Source of the DNA: Sphyrna mokarran
Lineage: Eukaryota
Assembly: GCA_024679065.1 (NCBI GenBank)
Contig: JAGIQG010000040.1
Location: forward strand, 5,270,001 to 5,334,000
DNA: 64,000 nt
Reading direction: 5' to 3'
The translations under genes were made by a program, and so were the position numbers. Shown in pieces: positions 13,081-25,320 of the stretch (position 1 is its first letter; each line of letters opens with the position of its first letter). Below the pieces are notes generated by a model. The model saw only the letters and a program-made list of their open reading frames with translations, searched no databases and was not told where the DNA came from.

Positions 13081-13517
13081 GGATCGAGCGCACAGTGATA
13101 CACGGCAGAATCAGAGACACGGACCCCGGTGATAGTTAAAGGAACTGTTTTCTTGTCCTTGTCCAAATCGGCAGAAAACCGGTCAGCAAAATCTGGAGAC
13201 CTTCCTTCGCCACTCGTGCCATATCTCTTCACTAAATATCTCGGAGCTTCCCCGGGACACTGGATGTACCAGAAGAGATATGGACTAGCACTTTTTGTTG
13301 TGTAATTACAATTCAATGTAACGTTCAATCCTTCCTGAACCGTAAATTCAGGCGGCTGGGAAACTGAATCTTGGCCATTGATTCCTGCAACAAAATATAG
13401 AACATGTGAGAGAAATCTATAAGCAAATATAACCCATGAAAGACGCACTGAGGATTTGAGGTCAGACTTACCGGGCAGCGTGGCCATTATTATCAGTAAA
13501 ACACACAGGGGACACAT
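13081..13517 (-). CDS. TRAV: TCR alpha/delta V segment, family B (leader 13472-13517, V exon 13081-13384)
   Basis: MCPLCVLLIIMATLPG|gtaagt; 87-nt intron; LNCNY..WYIQC..DSAVYHCALDP. Confidence 0.92.
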
Positions 13518-13668
13518 GATTCCAGACAGGAGAGTAAGCAGCGACAGTGTTTAAAATATGTTGCTTCTTCTAGTCTTATATCACAGAGTGAACTCATATC
13601 AAAGGCAGCTTCAATTATTAGGAAACATGGGCGTTCCTCACTGCTGCGATTGGCTCATCTTCCTGAGC

Positions 13669-13676
13669 TGACGTCA
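13669..13676. promoter_or_regulatory. CRE (TGACGTCA) in V promoter, next to a CCAAT box
   Basis: Perfect palindromic CRE about 150 bp upstream of ATG 13517; variants TAACGTCA (11044) and TGACATCA (29404) at the same position in paralogs. Confidence 0.65.
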
Positions 13677-13684
13677 GCTGCGAA

Positions 13685-13996
13685 TCATAAAATCCCTACA
13701 GTGCAAAAGGAGACCATTCGTCCCATCAAGTTTGCACTGGCCGCAATCCCACCTAGGCCCCCCTCCCGCAAGTCCGTGTATTTATCTTGCGTATCTCCTG
13801 ACACTAGAGTTAATTTAACATAGCCAATCAACTTAACATGCACATCTTTGGACTGTGGGAGGAAAAGGAGCACCCGAAGGAGATCCACGTAGACACAGGG
13901 AGAACATGCAAACTTCATCCAGAAAGTGACCCGAAGCCGTAACTGAACCCGGGTCCCTGACACTGTGAGACAGCAGTGCTATCCACTGTGGCACCA
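13685..13996 (-). mobile_element. HE1/V-SINE-like element
   Basis: Head GTGCCACAGTGGATAGCACTGCTGTCTCACAG, core and LINE-like tail. Confidence 0.75.
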
Positions 13997-14319
13997 TGCT
14001 TCCCCATAATCAGTGAGCCAATCATTGTTAGTTAATGATTTAATATAGCTGACTCTTTCCAATCACTTTCTTTCCGTGGCCGTAAACGTATTTCTAAATT
14101 CCTTGCTGTCTCTCTCTGCTCTCTCCCACATAATCAGTTATTCTGTCTCATTAACTGATTAACTCACTTTCCTCAGAACTCACTCCATCAATCTTTCTTA
14201 AGGCAGATCCTTTTTTCTAATTCAGGTGAAAAGTTAAATCAATTTAATCAGTTATTGGTGTCACAGTGGTTAGCATTGCTGCCTCACATCCCAGGGACAT
14301 GGGTTCGATTCGAGTCTCG

Positions 14320-14515
14320 AGTCACTAACTCTTCATTATTCATCTCTGAAAATACACAGCGGAGACACAGTGTGTTAGGAGTCAGAGGAAGACAATTGTT
14401 ACACAGAATTGGGAAAGGAAAGTTGCATAAGGTTTGCCATATACTTCACAATATGTGATAAGAATCACTGACCTGTAATCTGTGCAATAACTAGAATCAG
14501 GAACATTTTTATCCC
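14320..14515 (-). pseudogene. Truncated V relic paralogous to the 28172 gene
   Basis: Leader remnant MFLILVIAQITG|gtcagt; acceptor at 14346; exon start AG ATG AAT AAT.. then cut by a SINE head; promoter 14520-14810 is an inverted homolog of 27880-28170. Confidence 0.65.
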
Positions 14516-15056
14516 AGGTTTCCAGTCTGAGCTCAGAAACAATGATCCCTGTCTAGACTGAACCTGGAATGTGAGAAGTTGGAAGAGTCAACACGATGTT
14601 GTGCGATTGGCTGAGCTTTATTTACCCACCCATTTTTATATCTGCAAGTATCATTCTCTGCAGAAGGTGACTGTGATGTTTGGTAAATGATCAGAGAGCG
14701 CCCTCCTGTGGACAATATAACTGCATTGGGAACTGACACAGAAATCAGAGCCCAGATATAAACGCGCCGAGAAATATGAAGATCCAGAAATATCCAGTAC
14801 AGCTACAACATGGACACGAGGAAATATCAGCTCCATATCCACACCGTTAAGACCCCTTGTGGTTTTAAAAGTTTCAGTGAAGTTATCTCTTCAAAACTCC
14901 AGCCGATACAAACCTAACATCAATATTCTCATTGCTAATACAGATAAGCCGCACGTACCTGTTGGTTTTTCTACCCAGTGAGTCTGTGTTAAATCATCAC
15001 AGTTTGTTCCTAGCGTTCCCCACTAGATACTTAAGAGATTCTGTAATTTGTTGCAG

Positions 15057-15140
15057 GAACCAATAGCAAAGATGAAATGTCCCAAGATCTCCCTGAATTG
15101 ACGGTTCAGGAAGGACATATCATAACACAGCACTGCAGCC
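15057..15140 (+). pseudogene. Family B V-exon 5' fragment
   Basis: ttgcag|GTNSKDEMSQDLPELTVQEGHIITQHCS, then unrelated sequence. Confidence 0.65.
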
Positions 15141-15473
15141 CCAAAGACACACAGCTGTCGAAAAAAGAAGTTTCTCCTGTTCTCTGTTTTCAATTAGCAC
15201 TTGTTTACTCCGTGACAGTGTCCCGTGTCCCCAGACTCTCCCACGAGGGGAAACATCCACTCAGCATTTTGTCAATTGAGTTTGTGTTTTTATATGCCCT
15301 GTTTGTGAGCACAATATCCACTCTCCTGATGAAGGAGCAGCGCTCCGAAAGCTTGTGGCTTGTGCTACCAAATGAACCTGGTGGACTTTAACCTGGTGTT
15401 GTGAGACTTCTTACGTTGATTGATAAACGCAAGTGTCCCTTATGCCTTTTTCATCATTCTACTAAAATGTCCT

Positions 15474-15573
15474 NNNNNNNNNNNNNNNNNNNNNNNNNNN
15501 NNNNNNNNNNNNNNNNNNNNNNNNNNNNNNNNNNNNNNNNNNNNNNNNNNNNNNNNNNNNNNNNNNNNNNNNN
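15474..15573. other. Assembly gap (100 N)
   Basis: Run of 100 n; true size unknown. Confidence 1.
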
Positions 15574-15614
15574 CAGAAAGCTGCCCAGAGCACGGCGAGA
15601 ATGGGGATCCGCAT
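15574..15614 (-). CDS. Orphan V leader exon running into the gap
   Basis: MRIPILAVLWAAF.., similar to leaders at 59301 and 63557; upstream AGGAAGTGACATCA. Confidence 0.7.
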
Positions 15615-15710
15615 CGCTGCTGCTGTGTCAGTAAGGTGCAGAATAGAGAATTGTAAAAGAGCAAATGTCACCTCCTGCAGGACAACACAGACTCAGAGCA
15701 GCCACAGTTC

Positions 15711-15724
15711 TGATGTCACTTCCT
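15711..15724 (-). promoter_or_regulatory. ETS+CRE composite containing the TCR V-promoter decamer (AGGAAGTGACATCA)
   Basis: Identical 14-mer at 63383-63396 upstream of a related leader. Confidence 0.65.
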
Positions 15725-16225
15725 CAGGATATCACACGGAGGGAGCTGTGGGAGTTGTCTCTCATCACTCTAATGTTTCGTAACCAGGACTACGTGTTTA
15801 TATAGAGGAACGCATGCATTAATGCCATATCCCACTCATCAGAGCGTAAAGTTTCTGAATGTACGCAATCGGATCTGAAAGACATATAAGCAGGAAAATA
15901 AACGCAATATTTTTGTGAGGCGCTTGATGAAGATTCCGTTTAGTATTGAATAATTTACTGCCTCTGACAAAGTTGGTACGACCCTATTGGTCGGCAGAAC
16001 GAAATAGATTAGCGACACTTGCCATAGAGAGGCAAAGTTATGTAATTTTTCAATGTTGCTTTGTTCCTGAGTTCAGTTCTTTGTAGATGAAACCTACTTG
16101 TGACAACACTATCCAGACTGTCTTGTGCTGTTCTCACACTGACCCTTCTCACTTGTCATGTTTTATTGGAGAGATTGCTACCCATTTTTTTTATGTTTGT
16201 CGTTGTTTGGATCCGCAGTCCAATA

Positions 16226-16814
16226 AGAACATAAGAAATAGGAGCAGGATAGGCCATCTAGCCCCTTGAGCCTGCCCCACCATTCAATAAGATTATGGCT
16301 GATTTGATAGTGGTCAGTTCCACTTACGCGCCTTAATTCCCTTATTGGTCAAAAATCTATCTACCCGTGGCTTAAACACATTGAACGAGGTAGCCTCCAT
16401 TGCTTCAATGGGCAGAGAATTCCAAAGATTCAGTACTCTCTAAGAGAAGAAGTTCCTCCTCAACTTTGTTCGAAATTGACTCCCTCTTATTTTGAGGCTG
16501 TTCCCTCTAGTTCTTCTTTCCTTTCGAAGTGGAAATGACCTCTCTGCCTCTATCCTGTCTAGACCCTTCATTATCTTATATGTCTCTATGAGATCCCCCT
16601 AAGCCTTTTAAACTGAGCACAGGCCCAATTTACTCAATCTCTCCTCATAAGCTAACCCTCCTCATCCCCGGTATCAGCCTGGTGAACTTTCTCTACAGTC
16701 TCTTCAAGGCATTTCGCAAATAAGGGGACTAAAATTGTACGCAGTAATCTAGTTCCAGCCTCACCAGCACCTTGTACAATTGCAGCAAGACCTCCCTGTT
16801 TTAATACTCCATCC
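16226..16814 (-). mobile_element. 5'-truncated CR1-like LINE, candidate TSD CCAATA
   Basis: Tail aagaacataagaaatagg; CCAATA at 16220 and 16815; empty paralogous site near 39129. Confidence 0.7.
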
Positions 16815-17712
16815 CCAATAGAGAAAGGATCTATATTTCTACCGTGACGGAGAATTTCACATATTGCGAAAATATTGCGAACTTGCTGTGGAAGTATCAC
16901 AGGTCACCAATTATTATATCACTTTAGATTAAGTAGATGTTTCCAAGTAAGATGAACTCTTCTTAGAACACCGCCCCAACACGGCTGTGGTATCCCAATT
17001 TTTTTTTAATTTAACAAGTGCTGATGTAGTGATAAATATTCATTACCCAGTTCAACTGAGGAGTCGGTGCCTAAAACGATCGTTGTAGAGAGGGATCATT
17101 TTCCCACTAACTCCACCCTGTAAACAAACCAAGTCCTTGTGTGCTCGGTACAGTTAGAACATGGGCATTTCTACATTCTGTGTTTCAGCTCTGGGGAGGG
17201 ACAGCAAAGCGGAACCCGGCTTTACACAGCAATTCGCTTTTATACTTAGTAAAGCAGCAGACATTACAAAATTAATATGAAAAAAATTCTCCTATCCACT
17301 ACCGCTATTTCTGTGCCTTAAGCACTATATTGCTGCAGAGGTACAGCGGATTCGGTACAACATTGCAGATCGAAAATTCCAATTAATGTCACATGGAGCA
17401 CTGCAGTAACTCACTAAACTTTTTTTTTAGGTAGCACAATCCAAATACAAGACCACTGCCATCTAGGAGGACAAGGGCAGCAGGCAGATGGGAACACCAC
17501 CACCTCGAGGTTCCCTTTCAAGTTATTTCACATCCTTTCCTGGAAATATAGCGTTATTCCTTCACCCTCACTGAGTCAAACCCTGGAACTCCCTCACTAA
17601 CAGCAGAATGGGTGTACCTGAAACCTCAGGGACCGCAGAGCTTCAGGAAGGCAGTTCAACACCACATAATACACTCGATTATCTTCGTGTTGTTGGGTGA
17701 ATTTCTGTGTCC

Positions 17713-18182
17713 TGTCGTGGTTCCCCAGGGCGACAACTGATTTTAGCCGATTGGAACAGAGAGTCTGAGTTGTAATCCTCCAAGCAGTAGACTTTATTTT
17801 CTAGCACAAGACAATAAAGCCGGGATGTCCGGAACAATCCAACGAACGACGCGCTTACAGTGTTTTTATGCTCACTACAGCTCCACACCCTTATCACATC
17901 TTCAAGGTTGGCTTTCTTAGCCACCATTGTTGTTGAGCCCGTCCTTTATCTACCTTTTCTGTGATTGGTCACTAATTGACGCATCTCTTACTCTATGAAA
18001 CTATTGTAGTTACAGTCTTTGTCCTTGACCAAATCATTCTGTTTCTACAATAATTGTGGCTTAGTTTAGCTGACTTAAGTCAAATAATAAAAAAGAGCAT
18101 ATTTACTTCATTCTTTTCTTTTAGTTATAATCATATAGAGTCATTTCACGTTTTACTGCTTATACTACAATATTCTCTCACA
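17713..18182 (-). mobile_element. Solo LTR-like insert (TG..CA, 470 bp)
   Basis: Absent from paralogs at 21.3 and 32.0 kb; TG/CA termini; AATAAA about 85 nt from the minus-strand 3' end. Confidence 0.55.
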
Positions 18183-18615
18183 TTGAGCTTCAGGAAGGCA
18201 GTTCAACACCACATAATACACTAGATTATCTTCCTGTTGTTGGGTGAATTTCTGTGTCCCAGATTTATAATAACGGTGTTGCTGTCTGAGTCTCTGTGGG
18301 CAATTCGACATCTCGTTTGTTAAATACGACATTAGATTTTGATCTATTCTGCATTTTGTTACAAGTATCCGTGCGCTTATTTGAGTTAACAATTCAGAAA
18401 GAACAGCCTACAATTTTCTGTCTTCTTAACTCCACTGCGTCGTTCAGTTGGTAGCTAGATACTCATTGTTTCAATTTACTCTATAAACCGCGGCATGGAA
18501 ATTAGCATCTAGTTTTTCCAAACCGCTTCTCTGCCGATCTCAGTCAGGCGAAAATACGCGGTAAATAGACCTGACTGCATTCAGGAAACTTCGTGTGGCT
18601 GTGAACACTCGCTGA

Positions 18616-18653
18616 GGTTTTTGTATGGCGTTTAGCTGTAATCTAACGCTGTG
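18616..18653 (-). other. RSS with 22-nt spacer
   Basis: CACAGCG + 22 nt + ACAAAAACC. Confidence 0.88.
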
Positions 18654-19134
18654 CCTCACTGCGCAGTAATAGACCGCCCCGTCCTCCACATTGAGGGCGC
18701 TGATATTGAGGTAACCGTTCTGCTCAGACCTGTCAGCAGCCGCCAGGTATCGTCCTGAAACTTCATCTTCCTTCTTTGCTAACATTTTAGAAATGATCCA
18801 TGTCGGTGGCTGTGCCGGTTTGTGCTGATACCATTGCATGTACTCCATATTCTGGTCTGTATAGTTACAGCCTAACTGTACCGAACCTCCTTCTGATGCG
18901 GTTATTGTCACTGGTGACTGAGTTACTGGATCAGCGCAGCGTCCGCCTGGGAAGATCGAGGAATTAAATGTCAAGAGTTAGTGTTTGTATCTGCGATAGT
19001 TTGAGGAACTTATTCTACGCATCGCACGGGTCTTTCAGCTTGTTAATTAAGTTACCACCAATATGTTTATCTGGTTTGATGAACGTTTTCCAGTACTTAC
19101 AGTGGAAGAGCGCCGCCAGTACGAGCAGAAACAT
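18654..19134 (-). CDS. TRAV: TCR alpha V segment, family C copy 1 (leader 19101-19134, V exon 18654-18946)
   Basis: MFLLVLAALFH(C)|gtaagt; DPVTQSP..LGCNY..WYQHKP..DGAVYYCAVR. Confidence 0.93.
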
Positions 19135-19213
19135 GTCTGACTGAATCCCCCTCAGTGAATGGGAATGGAATGAGTCAGAGAAAGAGAGAAGACGGTCTTA
19201 GTTCAGCTGATTG

Positions 19214-19215
<2 letters not shown>

Positions 19216-19249
<34 letters not shown>
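19216..19249. repeat. (GT)17 in V promoter; (GT)11 at 22328-22349 and (GT)16 at 33020-33051
   Basis: Direct count. Confidence 0.95.
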
Positions 19250-19251
<2 letters not shown>

Positions 19252-21725
19252 ATGAGACAGAGGGAGGGCGGAGTGGGGGTAGGGTGGTGGGGCGGGGAAT
19301 TCATCGTGACCTCACCAGCCTCCCATCCATACAGGTTTAAGTTGTGACGCTGGGGTTTGAATTTGGCGCCATCTGTCGGCAGATGCTGTTTAACTACACG
19401 CTGAGATTTTGATGTTGAGTGGATTCAGGGTTTCCTGTGACATATTCCCATCCTATTCATGGATTTGTCTCAATAGAGGGATACGATCCCTGGAACCGTA
19501 AGGTGTTTTAGTTCAGTCGGGCAGCATCACCGAAAGGCCTATTGTTGTGCTGAAATTTTCCCTGTTTTTTTCCTCTGTGTACCAAGACACAAATGCTGCC
19601 CAGAAATTTAAATCGGAGCTCTTCAGATACTGGGTATTTGGGTAAAGGATGCTAAATCTGTGGAAATCATTGCGAGAGTTCTCTGTTTAAATCCTGCGGA
19701 GGACAAAATCGAGTGAACGCCAGGTCTTTGCAGTAAAAGCAGATGTTCTAAATCGGAATAGCGCCAGGGATTAACAGACTAATTTGGTATTTTTTTGCTT
19801 ATAAGCAAGAAGATAACAAAGCGACTTAATTGATGTGTTCAGAATGTTCCATGTTTAGGGAGTAGAATATGTGTTACAGATACATTGTGAAACCACCGCT
19901 TCTCCTTCTGTCTGATATCGGCTGAGAGACAGAAGCCCAATGAGCCATGTCTGGAAAAAAGTTTTTTTTTGTCTCAAGGAGGTCGGTTCATAAGGAAAGA
20001 TTCTCTTCTCTAGGTGCAGTCTAAAATCTGAATAAAGAGCATAAACAAAATCGTGATAGAATTCATGACCGTAAATGGTTAACACAAACTTGAGTCCTAA
20101 AGACTGACAGGTGGGAGAATGCGGCACTTTGTAGTGAAACATCGCCGCCAGCAGAGGGAAGTGTCGGGCCAAATTCCAGACTCGCAACAGCAACGAGCAC
20201 CAATATTCATAGATTGACAGAATCATAGAAGCTTTACAGTACAGAAGAAGGATATTCAGCCCATCGAGTCTGTACTGGTCACAATCCCATCCAGGCCCTA
20301 TTCCCATAACTACACACATCCATCTCGCTAATACCCCTGACACTAGGGCAATCCAGCATGGCCAATGAACCAAATGAAAACAATCAAAAGGAGAAATATC
20401 GAAACAGAAATAGTACATTAGCATTTATAGCAAAGGTGTGTCATTTCAAGACGGATCTATGAGTTGTCAAAGCTGGTATTACTGTTGGAATGCTAAAAAT
20501 ATTCACATTCATTGAATTGGCCCTCGGCACTGTTTGTATCTTGAAGCGGGTAATATGTGTACTTTACTCGCAAAAACGCCCAGTTCCAAAGAGTCGAGTT
20601 AGCAAATGAGGGTGGATGTTTTCCTGGAGCTTTCAGTCCTCAAATGCAGAGGTGCTGAGCTTTTTCAACAAGTTTGACTTTTACCAGAGATATCTAAGCT
20701 GCTTTGGATACAAAGGAATGAATTTTATTGTCGGCTACTTTGTCCTGGGGTACGATTCTCGCTTTGGATATTTGAGGTCAAATGTGCGCGAAATCCCGAA
20801 CGAGCCCGATGAATTTGTTTCCTATTGCGTAACTCACAGCTTTTGTTTATTTCTTTCCGGTGCAGATGGCGGGTTTGTTCAGGAGTGTAAATGGAATGCT
20901 CCCTACTTACATGGATAATGTAGCTCCAACAACTCAATAAACTCGACACGAACCAGGACCAAACAGTCCGCTTGATCATTCACCACTCCGAAAACACCCA
21001 TCCCTGCCACCATCGAGAAACAGCGGGTAACCGTCTGCACATTCTACAAGGAACACTGCAGCAACTCACTGAACTTTTATTTTAGGGAGCACAATCCAAA
21101 TACACGACTACTGCCATCGAGGAGGACAACGGCAGCAGGCAGGTGGGAACACCACAACCTACACGTTCCCTTTCAAGTTATTTCACATCCTTTCCTGGAA
21201 ATATAACGTTATTCCTTCACCCTCAGTGGGTCAAACCCTGGGACTCCCTCACTAACAGCAGAATGGGTGTACCTGAAACCTCAGGGACCGCAGAGCTTCA
21301 GGAAGGCAGTTCAACACCACGTAATACACTCGATTATCTTCGTGTTGTTGGGTGAATTTCTGTGTCCCCGATTTATAATAATGGTGTTGCTGTGTGAGTC
21401 CCTATGGCGGGTATTCGACATCTCACTTGTAAAATACGACAAAAGATTTTGATCTGTTCTGCATTTTATTACAAACATCCGTGGGCTTATTTGAGTTAAC
21501 AATTCAGAAAGAACAGCTTGCAATTTTCTGTCCTATTAACTCCACTGCGTCCTTTAGCTGGTAGCTCGATACTCATTGTTTCAAATTACTACATAAATCG
21601 CGGCATGGAGATTAGCATCTAGTTTTTCCAAACCGCTTCTCTGCCGATCTCAATCAGGAGAAAATACTGGGTAAATAGACCTGACTGCATTCAGGAAACT
21701 TCGTGGGGCTGTGAACATTCGCTGA

Positions 21726-21763
21726 GGTTTTTGTATGGCGTTTAGCTGTAATCTAACGCTGTG
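21726..21763 (-). other. RSS with 22-nt spacer
   Basis: CACAGCG + 22 nt + ACAAAAACC. Confidence 0.88.
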
Positions 21764-22244
21764 CCTCACTGCACAGTAATAGACCGCCCCGTCCTCCACA
21801 TTGAGGGCGCTGATATTGAGGTAACCGTTCTGCTCAGACCTGTCAGCAGCCGCCAGGTACCGTCCTGAAACTTTATTATCCTTCATTGCTAATACTTTAG
21901 AAATGATCCATGTCGGTGGCTGTGCCGGTTTCTGCTGATACCATTGCATGTAGTCCATATTCTGGTCTGTATAGTTACAGCCTAACTGTACCGAACCTCC
22001 TTCTGATGCGGTTATTGTCACTGGTGACTGAGTTACTGGATCAGCGCAGCGTCCGCCTGGTAAGATCGAGGAATTAAATGTCAAGAGTTAGTGTTTAAAT
22101 CTGCGATAGTTTGAGGAACTTATTCTACGCATCGTATGGATCTTTCAGACTGTTAATTAAGTTACCACCAATATGTTTATCTGGTTTGATGAACGTTTTC
22201 CAGTACTTACAGTGGAAGAGCGCCGCCAGTACGAGCAGAAACAT
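21764..22244 (-). CDS. TRAV: TCR alpha V segment, family C copy 2 (leader 22211-22244, V exon 21764-22056)
   Basis: Tandem duplicate of copy 1 (offset 3110); intact frame and splice sites. Confidence 0.93.
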
Positions 22245-24574
22245 GTCTGACTGAATCCCCCTCAGTGAATGGGAATGGAATGAGTCAGAGAAAGAGAGAA
22301 GACGGTCTTAGTTCTGCTGATTGCTCTGTGTGTGTGTGTGTGTGTGTGTTTATGAGACAGAGAGAGCGGGAGGGCGGGGTGGGGGTGTGGGGGGAGTCCA
22401 TCGTGACCTCACCAGCCTCCCATCCATACAGGTTGAAGTTGTGACGCTGGTGTTTGAATTTGGCGCCGTCTATCGGCAGATGCTGTTTAATTACACGCTC
22501 AGATTTTGATGTTGAGCGGATTCAGAGTTTCCGGTGTCATATTCCCATCCTATTCATGGATTTGTCTGAATAGAGGGATGCGATCCCCGGAAGGGTGTTT
22601 TAGTTCACTTGGGCAGCATCGCCGAAAAGCCTACTGTTGCGCTGGAATTTTCTCTGTTTTTTTCCCTCTGTGTACCAAGACACAAGTGCTGCCCAGAAAT
22701 TTAAATCGGAGCTCTTCAGGTACTGACTTCGTTACTTTTGATATGCATTTGGGTAAAGGATGCTAAATCTGCGGAAATCATTGCGAGAGTTCTCTGTTTA
22801 AATCCTGGGGAGGAGATAATCGAGTGAATGCCAGGTCTTTGCAGTAAAAGCAGATGTTCTAAATCAGAATAGCGCCAGGGATTAACAGACTAATTTGGTA
22901 TTTTTTTGCTTATAAGCAAGAAGATAACATAGCGACTTAATTGATGTGTTCAGAATGTTCCATTTTCGGGGAGTAGAATATGTGTTACAGATATATTGTG
23001 AAACCACCGCTTCTCCTTCTGTCTGATACCAGCTGAGACAGAAGCCCAATGAGCCATGTCTGGAAAAAGTTTTTTTTTGGCTGGAGGAGGTCGGCTCACA
23101 AGAAAAAATTCCCCTCTCTAGGTGCAGTCTAAAATCTGAATGAAAGGCATAAACAAAATCGTGATAGAATTCATGACCGTAAATGGTTAAACACAAACTT
23201 GAGTCCTGAAGACTGACAGGTGGGAGAATGCGGCACTTTGTAGTGAAACATGGCCGCCAGCAGAGGGAAGTGTCGGGCCAAATTCCAGACTCGCAACAGT
23301 AACCAGCACCAATATTCATAGACTCACAGAATCATAGAAGCTTTACAGTACAGAAGAAGGATATTCAGCCCATCGAGTCTGTACTGGTCACAATCCCATC
23401 CAGGCCCTATTCCCATAACCACACACATCCATCTCGCTAATACCCCTGATACTAGGGCAATTCAGCATGGCCAATGAACAAAATTAAAAAAAAATTATAA
23501 GAACAAATATCGGAACAGAAATAGTACATTAGCATTGATAGCAAAGGTATGTCATTTCAAGACGGATGTTATGAGTTGTCAAAGCTGGTATTACTGTTGG
23601 AATGCTAAAAATATTCACTTTCATTGAACTTGGGCCTCGACATTGTTTATATCTTGTAGCGGGTGATATGTGTACTTTATTCACAAAAGTGCCCAGTTCC
23701 AAACAGTGGAGTTAGCAAAAGTGGCCGGATGTTTTCCTGGAGCTTTCACTCCTCAAATGCAGACATGTTGAGCTTTTTTCAACAAGTTTAGCTTTTACCA
23801 GAGATATCTAAGTTGCTTAGGATACAAGCAAATGAATTTTATTGTCGGCTTGTTCGTCCTGGGGTACGATTCTCGCTTTGTATATTTGCGGTCAAATGTG
23901 CGCGAATTCCGGAACGGGCCAATGAATGTGTTTCCTAATGTGTAATTCGCAGTTTTTGTTCATTTCTTTCCGGTGCAGACGGCGGGATTGTTCACATGGG
24001 GTTTGGTTTCAGGATCTGAGCACAAACTGCAGAGAAACTATTAGCAAAGCACTCTCGTTGGAAAATATTTTCAAAAGGGTTGATTATGTAAGCGGACATT
24101 ATGTAATCATTCACGTGTTCGGGGGATTCCATGATTGCCCGTTCAGGCAGCTAGCTGGATCTTTGTTTTTATGTATTATAGGGGTGTGGGTCACTGACCA
24201 GGCCAGCAATTATTACCCATCATAATTTCCCTTGAGGAGGTGGTGCTGAGCTGCCTTCATGAAGTGTTGCAGTCTATGAGTTTAGACATATTCATTGTAC
24301 TGTTATGGGCGTGATGGTGGTTAGTTATTCCAGGATATTGTCCCAGAGACTGAAAAGGAACAGAAATATATTTCCATGTCAGGGTGGTGGTTGGCTTGGT
24401 AGAGGACTACGAGGTGGTAGTGGTCTTGGATTTAGAAACTGTTGTCCAAGGTGCCTTTGGTGAGCTTCTGCATTATCCAGATTAAATATGGAGTATTCAC
24501 CCACCCTCTTGAATTGTGCCTTGCAGATGGTGAAAAGTATTTGGGGAATCAGGTATGTTACTTGCTGCAGGGTA

Positions 24575-25320
24575 CAAGAGAAAGCATGTAAAATCGTCGG
24601 CTCCAACACACCCCCCCTCTCTGACGAGCTCAATGCATTCTTCACTCGTTTTGAGCAAGAGGTCAACGACAGCAAGACCATCACCCTAGAAGTCCTGAAT
24701 GATCCTGTATCTGGGGTCACCATTGCAGGTATCAGAGCAGCCTTCTCGAAGGTCAACCCATGGAAAGCACTGGAGTACCCGGATGAGCACAGAGATCCTG
24801 TATGGATCAGCTGAAGGAGGAATTCACAGGCATCTTCAACCTCTCGTTACAGTTATCTGAGGTCCCTATCTGCTTCAAGAAGACGACTATCACCTCTGTA
24901 CCTAAGAAAAAGCAAGCAGCATGTTTTAATGATAATCGATGGCTCTGACATTCATCATTATTAAGTTTCGATAGGCTAGTCACGGCACGAATCATTTTCA
25001 GCCTCCCGGACTACCTGAATCCACTACAGTTTGTCTTTCGCCCTAACAGGTCCACAGCAGACACCATCTGCTTGGCCCTACACTCAACTCTGGAACACCC
25101 AGATAACAAGGAAACCTGTGACACACTCCGATTTATTGACCACAGTTCAGCTTTCAACACTATCATCCCCACGAAACTCACCTCCAAACTCCGTGGCCTG
25201 GGCCTTGGCACCTCCCTCTGTGATTGGATCCTAAACTTCCTAACTCATAGACACAATCAGGAAGATTAGGCAACAAAATCTCCTCCTCGATCATCCTCAA
25301 CACATGTGTTCCACAGCCCT
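24575..25320 (+). mobile_element. Rex1/Babar-like RT fragment
   Basis: LSDELNAFFTRFE..; [20 protein letters not shown]. Confidence 0.78.

Larger units (their letters stand above)
17400..23990. repeat. Tandem duplication of about 3.1 kb carrying family C V; third partial copy at about 31950-33870
   Basis: 17400-20880 is colinear with 21060-23990. Confidence 0.9.

Noticed and set aside
14257-14325. tRNA-like sequence
   Set aside because: It is the tRNA-derived head of the HE1-like SINE, not a tRNA gene
19690-19770. Very degraded tRNA-Glu-like sequence on minus (copies near 22.85 and 33.57 kb)
   Set aside because: Only patchy similarity and no cloverleaf; cannot be supported without an alignment score
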